Source: Felis catus (Eukaryota). From it: a stretch of DNA of 64,000 nucleotides. The position numbers and the translations under genes were made by a program. Location: assembly GCF_018350175.1 (NCBI RefSeq), contig NC_058373.1, positions 115,508,001 through 115,572,000 on the forward strand, in the 5' to 3' direction. The notes under the pieces were generated by a model that was not told the origin of the DNA, did not search any database, and worked only from the letters and a program-made list of their open reading frames with translations. This document shows positions 1-13,529 of this stretch, in pieces (within the stretch, counting starts at the first letter, position 1; each line of letters starts with the position of its first letter).

Positions 1-682
1 GTACTGGTGTCCTTATAAGAAGAGGAAGAGGGGCACCTGGGTGGCTCAATTGGTTAAGCATCCAACTCTTTTTTTTTTTTTAACCTTTATTCATTTTTGA
101 GAGACAGAGACAGAGCATGAGCGGGGGAGGGGCAGAGAGAGAGGGAGACACAGAATTCGAAGCAGGCTCCAGGCCCCAGGGTCTATCAGCATAGTGCCGG
201 ATGCGGGGCTCGAACTATGAGATCATGACCTGACCTGAAGTCGGACGCTTAACCGACTGAGCCACCCAGGCGCCCCAAGCATCCAACTCTTGATTTCGGC
301 TCAGGTCATGATCTCACAGTTGTGAAATTGAGCCCCGTGCCGGGTTCCATACTGAGCATGAAGCCTGCTTGAGATTCTCTCCGTCTCTCCCCCTTTGCCC
401 TCCCCCATTCCCCTCTGCTTGTGGGCATGTGTTCTCTCAATTAAAAAGGAGGAGGAGGAGGAAGAGGAGACCCCAGAGAATGTCTCTGTGTAGAGAAAAA
501 GCCACTTAGACCAAGTGAGAAAGTGGCCATTTGCAAGCCAGGAAGGGGCCAAACCAGAAACCAACCCTGATGGTACCTTGACCATGAACATCTAGCTTCC
601 AGAACTGTGAGAAAATAAGTTTCTGTTGTTTGAGCCACCTGCCTGTGGTATTGAGTTATGGTCACCAGAGCAGACTAACACA
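1..682 (+). mobile_element. MLT1 (MaLR) LTR fragment interrupted by a CAN-SINE (30-447) that itself contains a nested minus-strand SINE (71-276)
   Basis: MLT1 motifs ggtgtccttataagaagagg and ccagaactgtgagaaaataagtttctgttgttt. The nested SINE has TSD aagcatccaactctt (56-70, 277-291). Confidence 0.8.
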
Positions 683-1726
683 ATAGCCTCAGTTTAGCCC
701 AAGAAACTAAACTCTTCGGTCTGGTCCTCTTCTTCAGCCACTCCTCCCACGCACACTTTTCCTGCAAAATACACAGTCTCATTACTGTGATATTGACATG
801 CAGCTCCGGTGCACAGCCACACACTCTCTAAGTCGTATAAGTGACAGTGCCCTGGGCCACCTACTGCTCAACGCTTTCCCATTTCTCCTAAACAACTGCA
901 ATGTCAACAACATAATAATTGCGAATCTACGAGGCAGTGTGATGCATAAATTAGAGCAGTTATGTATTTTAGTCCCTCCCAAACTCTAAAGAACAGTATC
1001 TTAAGTATGTAACCAAGTGAAAAATACAAGTCGTAAGTACCTGAGGTGACACAGTCAAGGTCACCCTGCCATAATATGAGAGCAGATCTTCACAAATAAT
1101 AAACCACTCTCTGCTCTCAATCGCGTCTCCCTACAGCATTATTAACCTGCCTGGAATGAATGCCCTCATCTGTCTTTATGGTTAACGATGCCTGGTCCTT
1201 CAAAACTTGTCCACCCCATCTGAATCTCGGTGCTTTTCCTGAATGCCCCCAAACCACCCTGTTCTAACCTCAGCTATAATCCTGAGCTTTCAGGGGGAAG
1301 ATAGTTAAAACTGGAGTCTCTGTTTTAAGGTCCTTTCTCAGTTACCATGGCAGGGGGCAGCTAGCTAAAATCTTTGAGTTGGTGAAATGATTTTCTCTTT
1401 TGTTTGATTTTTTTTGAAATGAACCAAGATTAAAACAAAAATATCTCCTCAATAACAGTAACTATTCTTCTTGCTAATGTTTGAAACTCTATCCAAGCAT
1501 CACTTCTGTTTGGAAAAAATCCCCAACTTCTTTGTTCGTAACATACTGCTTTAGAATCTAATGCTGCTGCTTCCTATATCCATCCTAGCACATATCCCTA
1601 CCAGGAAATAATCAATTCTCATGTCTACTCCTTCTGCTAGACCAGGAGCCACCAACTTGAGGCTTAGAATATCTTCCAAACCTGAATGAGGGCAGTTGTA
1701 GGAAAGCATTTAAAGGGTGTATGAAA

Positions 1727-1953
1727 GGGGCACCGGGGTGGCTCAGTTGGTTAAGCATCAACTTGGGCTCGGGTCATGATCTCACGGTTTGTCAGTGGGA
1801 GCCCTGCAGTGAGTCCCGCATCAAGCCCCACATCGAGCCCCATGTCGGGCTCTGTGCTCATTTGTGTGAAGCCTGCTTGGGACTCTCTCTCCTTCTCTGT
1901 AGCCCTTCCACCCTCTCTCTCTTTCTCAAGGTAAATAAACTTAAGAAAAATAA
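1727..1953 (+). mobile_element. CAN-SINE (SINEC)
   Basis: tRNA-derived head ggggcacc..gggtggctcagt, CT tract, A tail. Confidence 0.85.
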
Positions 1954-2169
1954 AGGGAGTATGAGAGATACTGAGATCTTTATGTAGGAAGAATTATGCA
2001 ATTAGCACATTTAGTGGTAAAATTGGATACATGAATAGAAAGACACTGAGGCTGTATTTGCAGAGCAATATTGCTAGCTGCATATTTGAGCATGTAATGA
2101 GATGCATATGATGAGATTGATGGCGGGGGAACAGTAGACATAATGACTGGAACAGGGGACTCCACCTTT

Positions 2170-2332
2170 GAACATGCATCAGACTCATGGAAGGCTTGTT
2201 AACCACCGCAGTTTGCTGGGACCCATCCCCAGTAGTCTGGAGTTAAGGTGGAGCCTGAGAATTTGCATTTATAATAAATTCCCAGGTGATGCTTTTGTTG
2301 CTTATCTGGAGCTGTACTTTGAGAACCATTGG
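2170..2332. mobile_element. MER5A-like hAT-Charlie MITE
   Basis: ctgagaatttgcatt...cccaggtgatgc...tttgagaaccatt. Confidence 0.65.
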
Positions 2333-3265
2333 TTTAGGGTTTGGTTTCTAGTATCAGATGGATTCCAGTACACATTCTGGTGCTGCTAAAAGGTATTTGG
2401 GTGACTCTGGGTACATCACTAGTCTGCCCTGAGTCTCAGTTTCCTCATTTGTAAAATGAGGATAATGATCCTTTCTCACCTGGTGGTCACGCTGGCTCAG
2501 TGAGACAATGAGGGTAAAGCACTGTGCACAGTGTCTGGTACAAAGCTGGGGCTCATTCTGTGAGCCATCCTCCTCCCCCTCTTCCTCTGCATCATCAGTG
2601 AACTTTGGTGCTGGGAGGAACCTAGGAAGTCACCTGCTTTATGGCTTATACATGAAAAATGCAAGACCCCCCATAAGTGAAGGGGCCTTCTCCAGATCAG
2701 GCACCTAGCTCGTGGCAGAGCCAGAATTATAACCCATTTCTTGTGATGCTTAATTTAGTATTCTTAATAGCACTTACTTTGGTATCGAAAGAGGGGTATG
2801 ACATCTATGAACAGAAAAATCCATTAACCGTGGCAAAAGGAGTATGTCTACTACGATGTTGAGCGGTGCATCACGTCGGTATCTAAAACCCGAGATGTTC
2901 AGGAAGGAGGTTAATGAGATATATTCGCCGAGGCAATGAAATAAGGTAGAAATAGCGTGATGAGATGTGCATCCCCTTGCGAAAAGCTGTATTATAGGGA
3001 GATAACTCCTTGAGGAGAAACTAAGGGTGAAGGGACAACTTAATGTCAGTAGCAGAGCCACATGGACTATCAGGGCGGGAAGGGGCAGTGAAGACAGCAT
3101 CAAGTATGGAGTCTCCATCTGGCCTTGCTATGACCTAGTCGTGTGTCCTTGAGCAGTTAGCATCACCTGTCTGGGCCTCCTCAATGTTTGCACTTGTGAG
3201 TGCTTACTATATGTCAGGCACTTTGCTAGGTTTGTTCTCTCGTAAAATCATTGCAACAACTCCAT

Positions 3266-3699
3266 GTGGTGTGCCAGAAATCGCCTGCCTGACTCTCCAG
3301 GTCCATTCTTTCCCCTTCTCTACCTGCTGTCTGCTCTGCCACGGGAGGCTGGCTTGTATGAACTGTGTCAATGGAGCTCCTGTGCCCTCTGGATGCCAAG
3401 AGTCCAGCAGGAAACGGCTGGGAAGTGGGAGGGGAAGGAGGACAGGGCAATTATTCTCCTGGCTCTTCCAGTGAGGCTGCCTTGGGCTGGTTGTGTTTTT
3501 CAACTGAAACTGCTCCCCTCTCAGAGGCTTGTCTACATGACTCTCCTTCTCAGGTCCCAAAACCTCTTCACCTCTGAAACTTGTACCAAGCGGTGGTGAC
3601 ATCTCCACTGCTGTTGGCCCTGAATTTCCAACCCTGTCCACCGTTGGACTACCCCAATTTCAATGTTCCATTTGCTTCTACTGGATTCTGACTGATACA
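3266..3699 (+). mobile_element. LTR33-like ERVL LTR
   Basis: Resembles the recalled LTR33 consensus (ctgctctgcc.cgggaggctg.c.tgtatg.actg). Ends ...ctgactgataca and abuts ERVL internal sequence. Confidence 0.7.
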
Positions 3700-5935
3700 G
3701 AATTGACAGAAGAAGTGGTCCCAGGAAGCAAACTCATACAATGGGACTCTGGTTTGGGTTGGTCATGTGTGAGCAGCCCAAGGAAAACTTCCCTGATGAG
3801 GGCAAATGGGACACGAGTAGCTCATGGTAGATGGTGGCATCATGATAACAAAATATCACTGAAGGCAGCATGGCATAAGATGGAGGGCAAAGTGTTGGGA
3901 GATCAAGTGGTTCTAGCACCTAGTCACCAGGGCAACAACAGTGATTATAAAAGGTGTGGAGTCACCTGATTCTTTGTATGACCTTACACATCATACATAG
4001 GGGGAAAAGACAAATTAAAAGCTGTGAATGTGCACAAGGGCAAGTGGAAGTACACCCAGAAAACTCTAAACCAGTCCCTTCTCTCCTGTAGGCACTGGGA
4101 GGACGGAGATACAGACCAAGCCCAAGTCACTGTGTCAAGTATGTGCTCAATATCATTAGTTCTCTTAAGGACATGAATGGGGAAGAAACCAAGCGACATG
4201 TGGCTTACATTACTCAGGAAGAACCGGTGCCTTACCCCAAAAACTATAAAATTAGACTTGCAAGGCAGAATTCCATTATAAAATGGGAGGTACAAATATT
4301 GAACCCAGGCCAGTCACGTCAAGAAGGCACCAGTAAGCTGCAAAAACAGATGACCTAGACTCCTGTGGTACCTGTACCTGCAACTGTGGTGCCTATGCTT
4401 CAACCACACTATAGTTTCATAGAGAAGTCCCCACCACCAGTTAACAACACGGAAAAAGCACACAACCAGTTTGGGAGTGGATCTGCACAGTGTGCCAGCA
4501 CAAGCCAGAAGTGAACGGCGCCATGCTCTAGCCCCACTTGGGCAGCCTTCAAAGACTGTAGTCAATGGAGATCCTCCCAGGGGACAGAACATCAGGCAGT
4601 ATATGTGATTTTCCACTTTTGCCTGAACTGTGGATCTACACTGACTCATATGCAATGGAGAATGGGTGACTGGATACTGACGCTTGAAAGAAAATTAACT
4701 GGTGATAAGAAAGTTTGGGGAAGGTATGTATGTATGGACCTCTTAAATGAGACCCATAGTGTGAAGATACCGGTGTTCTGCATGAATGCCATCCTGAGAA
4801 CAATCAGGGTAGTGGAGGCTCCATATAATCAAGTGGACAAGCTGACTCATGCTGTGGATCTTAGTTGGCCTTTTTCCTAGTCACTCTGATGCTTGTTCAG
4901 TGGACCCGTGTATAAAATGGCCTTGGCAATAGGGATGGAAGCTATGCTTGAGTTCAATTACATGGGTCCCCCCACTGAGTTTCATCTGGCGCATCCATGG
5001 ATGAATTAGACAACCTGCTAATAGCAACTGCTAAGCCCTTGATATGGTACTATCTCCCCAATCAACTAGTTACTTGGTATGAGGTTGATTACATTGGATC
5101 ATTCCCATCATAGAGGAGATAGTAGTTAGTTTTCACAGGCGATGGACACAAATTCTGGGTGTGGGGTTGCCCATAGAGTTCCTGCTAACATCGCCATTCA
5201 TGGACTTCAAAATGCCTTATCCATTGCAAGAGATCTTTCACAATATCACCTCTGATCAGAGGCACTAGTCTTGGCACATTACCCATTACTCAAAGGCAGC
5301 TAGCTTGACATAATACTGGAATGGCCTGATTGATGCTCAAATACAGTACCAGCTAAGAGATAATACCTTGTTGAGTTGCTCTCCTACTGAATGCACTTAT
5401 ACTTTAGAGATCAGCATATAGTGCTGACTGCCCCTTAGACAGGATGCATAGGTCTGGAGACCAAGGGGTAGAGACAGGGTGATCCTTTTCATGATTATGC
5501 CTAATTAAGCCCTTAAAGAGTTCTGCTTTTTGTTCCTACAACTTTGGGCTCAGTAGGTTTGGAGGCCCTAATGCCCAAGGGAGAAATGCTTCCACCAGGG
5601 AACACTTACGGTTCTCATGACTTAAAAGTTGAGTCTGTCTCCTAATCATTCAAGGCACTTTATGCCAATAAGCCAATAAGCAGAGAGGAAGATCACTGAA
5701 TTGGGTGGGGGGATTATCCTAATTACTTGGAAGAAACTGTATTCCTGCTACACAATGAGAAAAAGAAGGACTATGTTTGGAACCTGGGGATTCACTAGGG
5801 ATGTCCCTTGCCTGAAAGACCTGGTCAATAAAAAACAGGAGCAACATACCAAGAATTCAGATTTTGTGGGAATGAAGGTTGGAGCCACCCTGCCAGCTGA
5901 GGTGCTGGCTGGGGTCCCATGGAATGGCTGGTAAA
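3700..5935 (+). mobile_element. Decayed ERVL-class internal sequence (pol RNase H/integrase and dUTPase remnants)
   Basis: Fragmentary translations ARQNSIIKW, GDKKVWGRYVCMDL...VKI...NQVDKLTHAVD and MLPPG resemble ERVL pol and dUTPase. Many stops and frameshifts. Confidence 0.75.
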
Positions 5936-6035
5936 AGATGACAGCGTTACACAGTAAGAGGTGTATGCATAGAGACTACCACTCACAGGTAGCCATGGTA
6001 CCGTACTCTCACCATGTAAGATGGTTGTAATATTT

Positions 6036-6144
6036 TAGGGTCACCGACCATTCCAGTTTCCCAGGACTCAGGGTTTCCTAGGACACAGGAATGTCAGTGA
6101 CAGAACCCAGGAAAGTCCTTGGAAAATGAGAATAAGTCATCCTA
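6036..6144. mobile_element. MER81/MER94-like hAT-Blackjack MITE
   Basis: Degenerate TIRs taggg.. / ..catccta and an internal gggtttcc..ggac motif. Confidence 0.55.
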
Positions 6145-7109
6145 TTTATGCTTTTCACTTTCTGCTTTAATAAATACCATGAAATAAATAATGCTTGTCT
6201 TACATACCCAACAGGTGCATGTGAAGATAATGAGTGGCTACTTTGGAATCTGGTAGACCTAGACATTAAATCCAACTCTGCTACTTACTTGTGGGATGAC
6301 CTTGGAGAGACTATTTAGATTCTCTCAAGGCTTCACCTCCTTCTGTAAGCCCACAGGTATTTCTGTCCACCATTATCCACCTTATTTATTACGTATCACT
6401 CTTTCTTTGATATCAAACATAGCAGTCTCACTTTTCCACCGTGCCAAGGGGCATCCCTGACTTGGGGGTCCTGGTGCCCATTGGTCGTCCCTCCAAATCT
6501 TAACTTCTGTGTCCCATACAGGCTTGCTCCTTCCACAGAAGCAAGACTATGGAGTTTTTCTCCATCTTCATGGAGCCGGCCTGGCCCGACACATGGAGGG
6601 ATGGCATGGTGGCCTTGGTCTGAGGCCATCCACCTACCTCCCTGGAGCATTGCCAGACCTCTCAAACATTTCAGAACTTGATGACACAAATTATAAAGTA
6701 TTTTACCACAAATAAAGTGAAAGGAACATTGCCAGGGTGCCTGCCAGGTACTGCGCACTATGGTATTTGCCTTTAAAAAAATGGTTCATTTAACCTTTGC
6801 AACAATTGTACATTTGTTTGAGAAAACTGAGGCACAAGGAGGTTAAAGTCACTTGTTTAAAATCCCATAAGTGTAAAAACGGTAGAACCTGTAGCACCAA
6901 CATGTGAAAAGCCAAAAGGCAGATACCTCAAGCCTTGACCCCATAGCAGGTGTCACATGTACAAATACTTACAGGGGCCAGGTGGGTCATGTGAATGATA
7001 GAGGCTGGCTGGGAGGGTCTCTAGTGATCTGACAGCACAAACCCTGTCTACGTGGGGTGGCCGCTTATCAGTTCCATTGGATTTCCACATGATAATGCCC
7101 ATGTAGTAT

Positions 7110-7320
7110 TTTTAAAAAAATTTTTTAATGTTTATTTATTTTTGAGAGAGAAAGAGAGAGCACAAGCAAGGAAGGGGCAGAGAGAGAGGGAGACACAGAA
7201 TCCAAAGCAGGCTCCTGGCTCTGAGCTGTCACACAGAGCTTGAACTCATGAACCACAAGATCATGACCTGAGCCAAAGTCAGAGGCTTAACTGACTGAGC
7301 CACCCAGGCTCAGTCACCCA
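7110..7320 (-). mobile_element. CAN-SINE
   Basis: TSD ataatgcccatgta on both sides. Confidence 0.85.
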
Positions 7321-7776
7321 TAATGCCCATGTACTATGGCCAAAGAAGCCAAAGTCCACGTTTTTACACAAAACATTTTAATTTCAAAACATTAATAATT
7401 ATTCCCAAAAAATACCACGCTTTGTTGACCAAACGTGTCAAGCTTCCTGGCTACCAGGTTTTAGTTGCTATCCTATGGTCATGGAAAGAAAAATTTGATT
7501 GAATGAGGATCCAAGCCAGAGGTGTTGATCATAGCAGAAGAGTGAATAGTTATCACACAATGTAGAGAAGCAACGCCATTCATGTAATATGCAATTCTAA
7601 TAAAGGGGACTGGGGAAAAACAGAGTGACAACCAGCTCCACTGATGTGGATATCAGGATGAACCTGAGATACAGCAAAAAGGACTAAGACTAGAAATCAG
7701 AATCTGAGGATTTTGAGGCACCACAATAGTTTCCCTTGGGTCACCTCCTTTCCAGATATTTAAGAAAGAATGATGA

Positions 7777-7962
7777 GGGGTACCTGGGTGGCTCAGTCGG
7801 TTACGTGTCTGACTCTTGACTTCGGCCCAGGTCATAATCCCACGGTTCATGGGTTCAAGCTCCGCATCAGGCTCTGCACTGACAGTGCTTGGGATTCTCT
7901 CCCTGCCTTTCCCCCACTCTTTCTGTCTCTCTCAAAATAAATAAATAAACTTAAAAAAAAAA
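7777..7962 (+). mobile_element. CAN-SINE
   Basis: SINE head, A tail, TSD aagaatgatga. Confidence 0.85.
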
Positions 7963-8712
7963 AGAATGATGAATTCCCTTTGAGTTTATGAGTAAAAGCT
8001 AATCTCATTTCTTATAAGACAGTTTGATTCCCCTGTAGTCTTCTGAAAATGTCATTAAGTATCACATGATTTACCTACTAGGGCAGTTTTCCAGGAATCT
8101 CTTTGGGGTACTCTTTCCCAAGATGTTTTTTGAATCACCCCTTCTCTGGGGCCTGGTAACTCTCCATCATTAATTGTAATTAGACTCCTCGATCCAAATC
8201 ACTTTACCATGGTGTAATTTCCCCTTTGGAAATTTCTACCAGTTTGGCTCCTACTGGAACATCAGTCCATTCAGCTGCCTCTAGAGGAAGCTCCTTGATC
8301 AGCAAGGATGGAGACAAAAGGGAGGAGAAGGGAACTGAAGGAGAATAAGAGGGCCAGTTGCTGGCTGATTTCTTTTGCCTTCCCTTCCAGACCCTGGCTG
8401 CTTCCAAGGGACTCCCTCCCTGGCTATATCAGCCTCCTGGGGGTCTTGTTCTCTGTTCTGGTGTTTGTCGTCAAAGGCCGTGATATTCTGGGAAGAGCTT
8501 AGATTTGGAATCAGAAGACTTGTGTTTGTGTCCTGCTTCGATGATTTATGTACTCCTGGCAATCAGCCGCTCAGAACTTCATTGATAAAATGAGAATAGT
8601 ATCTACCTCTGTGGTTCTTATCCAGCTGAAACACATGTATATAAGATACTTTTTGTAAACCATGAAACTTCACATACACATTGGTCAGATTGCTTTTGGC
8701 CATTGATACTAT

Positions 8713-9000
8713 GCCTGGATGGCTCTGTTGGTTAAGTATCTGACTCTTGATCTCAGCTCAGGTCTTGATCCCAGGGTAATGAGTTCAAGCCCCATGTTGG
8801 GCTCCACCCTGGCTGTGAAGCCTCCTTAAAAAAAAATTCTGGGGCACCTGGGTGGCTCAGTTGGTTAAGCGTCCAACACTTGATTTTGGCTCAGGTCACC
8901 ACATGGTCTCATGGTTCGTGAGTTTGAGCCCTGTGTCAGACTCTGTGCTGACAGCTCAGGATCTGCCTGGGATTCTCTGTCTCTCTGTTTCTCTCAAAAA

Positions 9001-9039
<39 letters not shown>

Positions 9040-9040
9040 A
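8713..9040 (+). mobile_element. Two tandem CAN-SINEs; the second has a (TAAA)n tail
   Basis: Heads at ~8713 and 8841; about 10 TAAA units at 9001-9040. Confidence 0.8.
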
Positions 9041-9074
9041 TTTTATAAAATTCTATCTTTAATCACGGAGGGGT

Positions 9075-9515
9075 TGTGGCAGAGGCACACAGTCACAAAA
9101 AGTTCATCCTCCTATAAAATAGAGCGGTCACTGGGAAGTGTTTGGCCAGCTAGGTCTGTATTTTCCAGTCTCCTTTGCATTTGGGTGGGATAAAATGATT
9201 AGTGTTTACTAATGGGATATAAGCAAAAGTAAATGAGTATCGCTTCAGAGCCAAAGGTGATTAGAAGTCTGTTTCCTTCTTTAATTTTCTTCCCATCTTC
9301 CACTGGATGAAGAGGGCTCTAAGGCCTCAGAGAGTGGCCGAATCGCAAAATGAAAGGAAATCGAGTTCCTGAATCATCATGTGGGAGAAAGCCACCTGCT
9401 ACCTGGGAACATCCTCACTGGATTATCACGTGAGTGAGAAACAAACTTTCATCTTGCTCAGGGTCTGCAGTATTGGGGTTTATTTGTTATAGCAGCTACC
9501 ATTAGCCTAAGTAAG
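9075..9515 (+). mobile_element. MLT1-type (MaLR) LTR, old
   Basis: gtgagtgagaaacaaacttt...ggggtttatttgttatagcagc, typical of an MLT1 3' end. Confidence 0.6.
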
Positions 9516-9691
9516 AAACGAATCAAAGGAATGGGAATGTGTGTCTCAGGCAGTAAAAAGTGCTGAAGATGGACGTGTGCACAATGGCGGGGAGTGTCTT
9601 TTTTCACACTAATACACAGACCATAGGGCCAAGGTATTTCAAAAGGACATCTGCAGTGCCGTCAGATAAGGTGGATAGGCAGTTTGATGTT

Positions 9692-9750
9692 ACACACGCA
9701 CACACACACACACATATGCATGCACATGCACACGCACACGCACACATCAC
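9692..9750. repeat. Imperfect (CA)n/(CACG) repeat
   Basis: Direct reading. Confidence 0.9.
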
Positions 9751-10345
9751 TTAGCGTGTATATTCCAGAATGCCAGTGTTAAAGATACAATAGGCCTCCG
9801 AAGCCATCTCTTAGGACCTTATGTGTAGTTCAGGAAGCTGACCCAGATGGAGATAGTGGTGCAAGTTCATGGAACTAAGCAGTGGTGGCATCTAGACTGG
9901 CACCCAGGTCTTCAGATTCCCAGGCTCTTCTTCTCAACCCTCTTTACCATTCTCTCTGGTTTGTCCCAGCTTCTCCCTTGACAGAGTCTAACATCGCAAT
10001 AACCCAGAAATGACTCAAAAGGGGGGAATGACAGGTATGAATGGATTTCATGATGTTACACCTACCATGTAATCAGCTAAAGGGCATTTTTCATTGTCAA
10101 TGTGGTGGCTGGCAAAGAACGAAGCGAGCCCGTTAGCCAAACCCTTCTCCTTGCCTACTTTCTTGTGTTGTTCTGTGTCCTCTTGAACTCTATCTGCCAG
10201 CCATGCCAACCATCATTATTCTAGGACCACACCAGATCCTGTTCTATCCCTGTGCCCTGGGGCGTGCCGCTTCCTTCTGCCTCTCCTTCAGCACCAAACC
10301 CCCTCACCAAGGTAATCACTGTATTCTTCCTTCAAGACCCTACTT

Positions 10346-10577
10346 TTTTTTAAAATTTTTTTTAATTTTTTTTTCAACGTTTATTTATTTTTGGGACAGA
10401 GAGAGACAGAGCATGAACGGGGGAGGGGCAGAGAGAGAGGGAGACACAGAATCGGAAACAGGCTCCAGGCTCTGAGCCATCAGCCCAGAGCCTGACGCGG
10501 GGCTCGAACTCACGGGCCGCGAGATCGTGACCTGGCTGAAGTCGGACGCTTAACCGACTGCGCCACCCAGGCGCCCC
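10346..10577 (-). mobile_element. Young SINEC_Fc-type SINE
   Basis: CpG-rich and near consensus. TSD caagaccctactt (10333-10345, 10578-10590). Confidence 0.92.
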
Positions 10578-11815
10578 CAAGACCCTACTTAAAGGTTATA
10601 TTCTCCGTATGATTTCCCCAGTGCTTCCAGGCTGAGTTGGTGTTTCCCATGGCACCTGTTTATGCCATTCCTAGAGCACTCATGGCATAGAAAGGTAATT
10701 TTTATTTCTACCTTGCTGGTTCATATGCTTCAGAGGCTCCTTCCCATCACTTCGCTTTTCAGAAAGGGCAATAGCACATACAATGCTGTCACCCCTCTTC
10801 TTGCCTGAGTTCAGACCAGGAATTCGGACAAAGCTACCAATCCACACCAGCACCATGATGCAGCCGGCTACAGAGGATTCTGCCTTTTGGGAGTGGCCCT
10901 TTGAGGATGGGGGTGGGGGGATTGGTCACATTCACTCCATTGAGAATTCACGCTCAGAGAAAAAGAGGGATGTCCCAGTCAGTTGGGGGAATGGAGCTGT
11001 ACACTCATGACACAGTGTCAGGGCTGGTGGCAGTGCCTGGCCCTGTGTCAGACAAGCACAGTAGAGGGAGCACCTCAGAAGGGAGGGGAAGCAGCTGGGT
11101 CTGATGGAGACAAGGAAGCGAGGACCCAGGAGACGATGCCACTTGGGGAATGGGGAGAGCGGACTTGGTTCCTGAGGGCTTTCAGCACCCCATCACCAGC
11201 TGTGGTTCTGCCTTGGCTTCCACGAGAGCCCCCACCGGCCCTTTGCAGCACTGCCCCCCTCCACTTCTCGGGCTAAGTTAATGGGCTTCTGTTTCTTGTA
11301 ACCAAAAGAGTCTTGGTTAAAAAAGTGTTACCTCCCCCTCTGGACTATGAGTTGCTTGAGGTCTTCCTTGTATCACCAGAGTGTAGATCGGTGCATAGAA
11401 GGTGTTCAAAATCCACCTGTGGAATGAGCGACGAGTAAACGCATGAACGAATGCGCCTCTTGGTAATCAATGCAGGGCGCCGTTTGCCCGGCTGGACTCC
11501 TGCCCCACCATGCCTCTCTGATTCAAAAGGCTCTTGCCTGTAATCACCACAGTTCTGCTACCTCTGTACCCCAGTGTCCAAACGTCTAGCTTCTGACAGG
11601 TGGCATTTCCCTGAAGGATTTTTTGCTTTAAAAATACTGGGTCTGGCACACCGGCATCTGAGGGGACAACAGATGCCAACAGGAGATACAAATAGGAGAA
11701 GACACTTTCACCTCAACCACATCTGTTCCAGAAGAAACCCCACGTGGCCCCCTGGACCTTTTCCTGAAGAAACATGGGAGAAGCAAGCTGTATTTAGAGA
11801 GATATAAGTATAGCT

Positions 11816-11821
11816 TTTATT
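11816..11821 (-). terminator. Polyadenylation signal AATAAA
   Basis: tttatt on the + strand. It is the first canonical hexamer I found downstream of the stop codon. Confidence 0.7.
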
Positions 11822-12033
11822 TTTTTTTTAAACCAACCCAACATTTCCACTGGCAACTGTCAACATAGCTTATGACATGAGCACTGTTTCTTTTTTAGTT
11901 ATTTTTTTCTTAAAAAAATGTGTTTAAAATTAAACAGGTGTTTTTTAATTTCTTTTTTTTCCCCCCTTAAAAAATGTATTTATGTCAATGCAGAAAGCCT
12001 AAAGATCTGTGGGCAGTTTTGTGATGATTTCAT

Positions 12034-12075
12034 ATGTGTGTTCGTGTGTGTGTGTGCGCACGCGTGTGTGTGTGT
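12034..12075. repeat. (TG)n/(CG) repeat in the SLC8A3 3'UTR
   Basis: Direct reading. Confidence 0.9.
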
Positions 12076-13529
12076 TTTAAAGCCAGGTCCTTTTCAAATT
12101 GGTTGGGAAAAGGTCTGTAGGCCACGGCAATCTCTTTTTCTATAAACCCAGTCTCCATGGGATGACAACAACTAAGAGTCCTCTTTACTGGGGCAAGAAA
12201 CAGCCCACAGGCTGGAAAAAGAGCTTCATGAGGTTTAAAAACAAGCAGGAATGTGGGAGAGATGAGAAATTCCAGTTCTTCTCTTGAGAAAATGCTCTCA
12301 GACGTGACCGGAGGGTCCAGGAGAGGTGGAAGGAGCCCCTTGTTTTCTTACCAACCTCTAAGTTTTTGCATTACCTCGAGAAATACAGTCAGACCTCTTG
12401 GTGTGGCATGTTAGCGAGCAAGGGGGTGGTGAAACTGACATTTCTCCGAAGCACTGACATTTTAAATACAATCTTTCCTCTTAAAGATCTCGCTAGGTGG
12501 ACAGCTCTTCTCTGCCTCCGATGCGAAGCCAAAGATACTCGAGAAGCCGTCTACTCCTTTTGTTTCCCCAGCTGCCCTCCTCTGTCATCACATACCGTTC
12601 CTATTTTTGTCCCACATCTCCTGCTTGGCGGGTCTTCCTGCAGAAGGATAAACATAAAGACACGGACACGGCAGACACAGCGAGGCGGACAGAATCAACG
12701 GGAAAGGCAGGGAAGGGAACCATGACCTTGTGTTTTAAACTGGATCTGGACATAAGCACATAAGGCTCCTCCTGCCCCCATCTCAGGCCGAGCCCGTTCT
12801 TCCGCGCCCCGCGCAGGTGTGCAAACATACTTCCGCCCAAACACCCTCACTCTCCCGCTCAGAAGAAAAGGAGCCTGGGGGGCAGGACCCTGATGAAGCC
12901 GAGAGACCCAGCAAGAGGGAGAGAGTGCGGCTGAGAATCCTTGCCTCTACCTGTCGGCTCAGACCGCGAGCTCCTTCACAGCACCCGTTACTGACTTCGG
13001 AAAGAAAAGACACAACGAACAAACAGTGAGCAACACCTGACGGGAAAATGAAAACGAAAGCAACCGCAACAATACCACGAAACGAAAAGGGAGCCCCAAA
13101 GCAGCCACACGGAGAGGCCTCGTTTCCATCCTGGCCAGCCGAGTCAGAGAGCAGGGATGAGCGGGGACCGGACAGACAGGGGACGCCCTGTCCCCGGGGA
13201 CGGAGAAGCAAAGGAACAATCCAAAGGCGGTGAGAGGCTCTGACCTTTGCGGTGGGTCGGGGACATGGGTGGGAAGATGGAGAGGCGGTGGATTTGTTGC
13301 TGTTGTTGGTTTGTACTGAATTAAATACTGTGTAAAGTGGGTGTTTCCTCCACTCTGTTCGGTTGGTCAAGACTCTGCCCTTTCAGTCCGCGGCCGGGGC
13401 CTGGGTCGGGTGAGGTTCCTGGGGCTGGGCCCCTGCCTCTGCAGGGGCTGCTCACCCGGAGAGGGGGGCGAAGCGCCCTTCTCTCAGGAGGAGTCCGGGG
13501 CCTGCGCTGCGGAGGCCCCGCGCTGTGGC

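Larger units (their letters stand above)
11795..13529 (-). other. SLC8A3: SLC8A3 3' UTR (~1.7 kb; distal end approximate)
   Basis: Sequence free of interspersed repeats after the stop codon, becoming AT-rich toward an AATAAA. Confidence 0.75.

Noticed and set aside
1..11700. Possible exons of the neighbouring gene (SMOC1 in human synteny, from memory)
   Set aside because: No recognisable coding sequence; the region is dominated by repeats.
12783..13370. 195-aa minus-strand ORF in the 3'UTR
   Set aside because: Non-ATG start, no recognisable domain, and expected by chance in GC-rich sequence.
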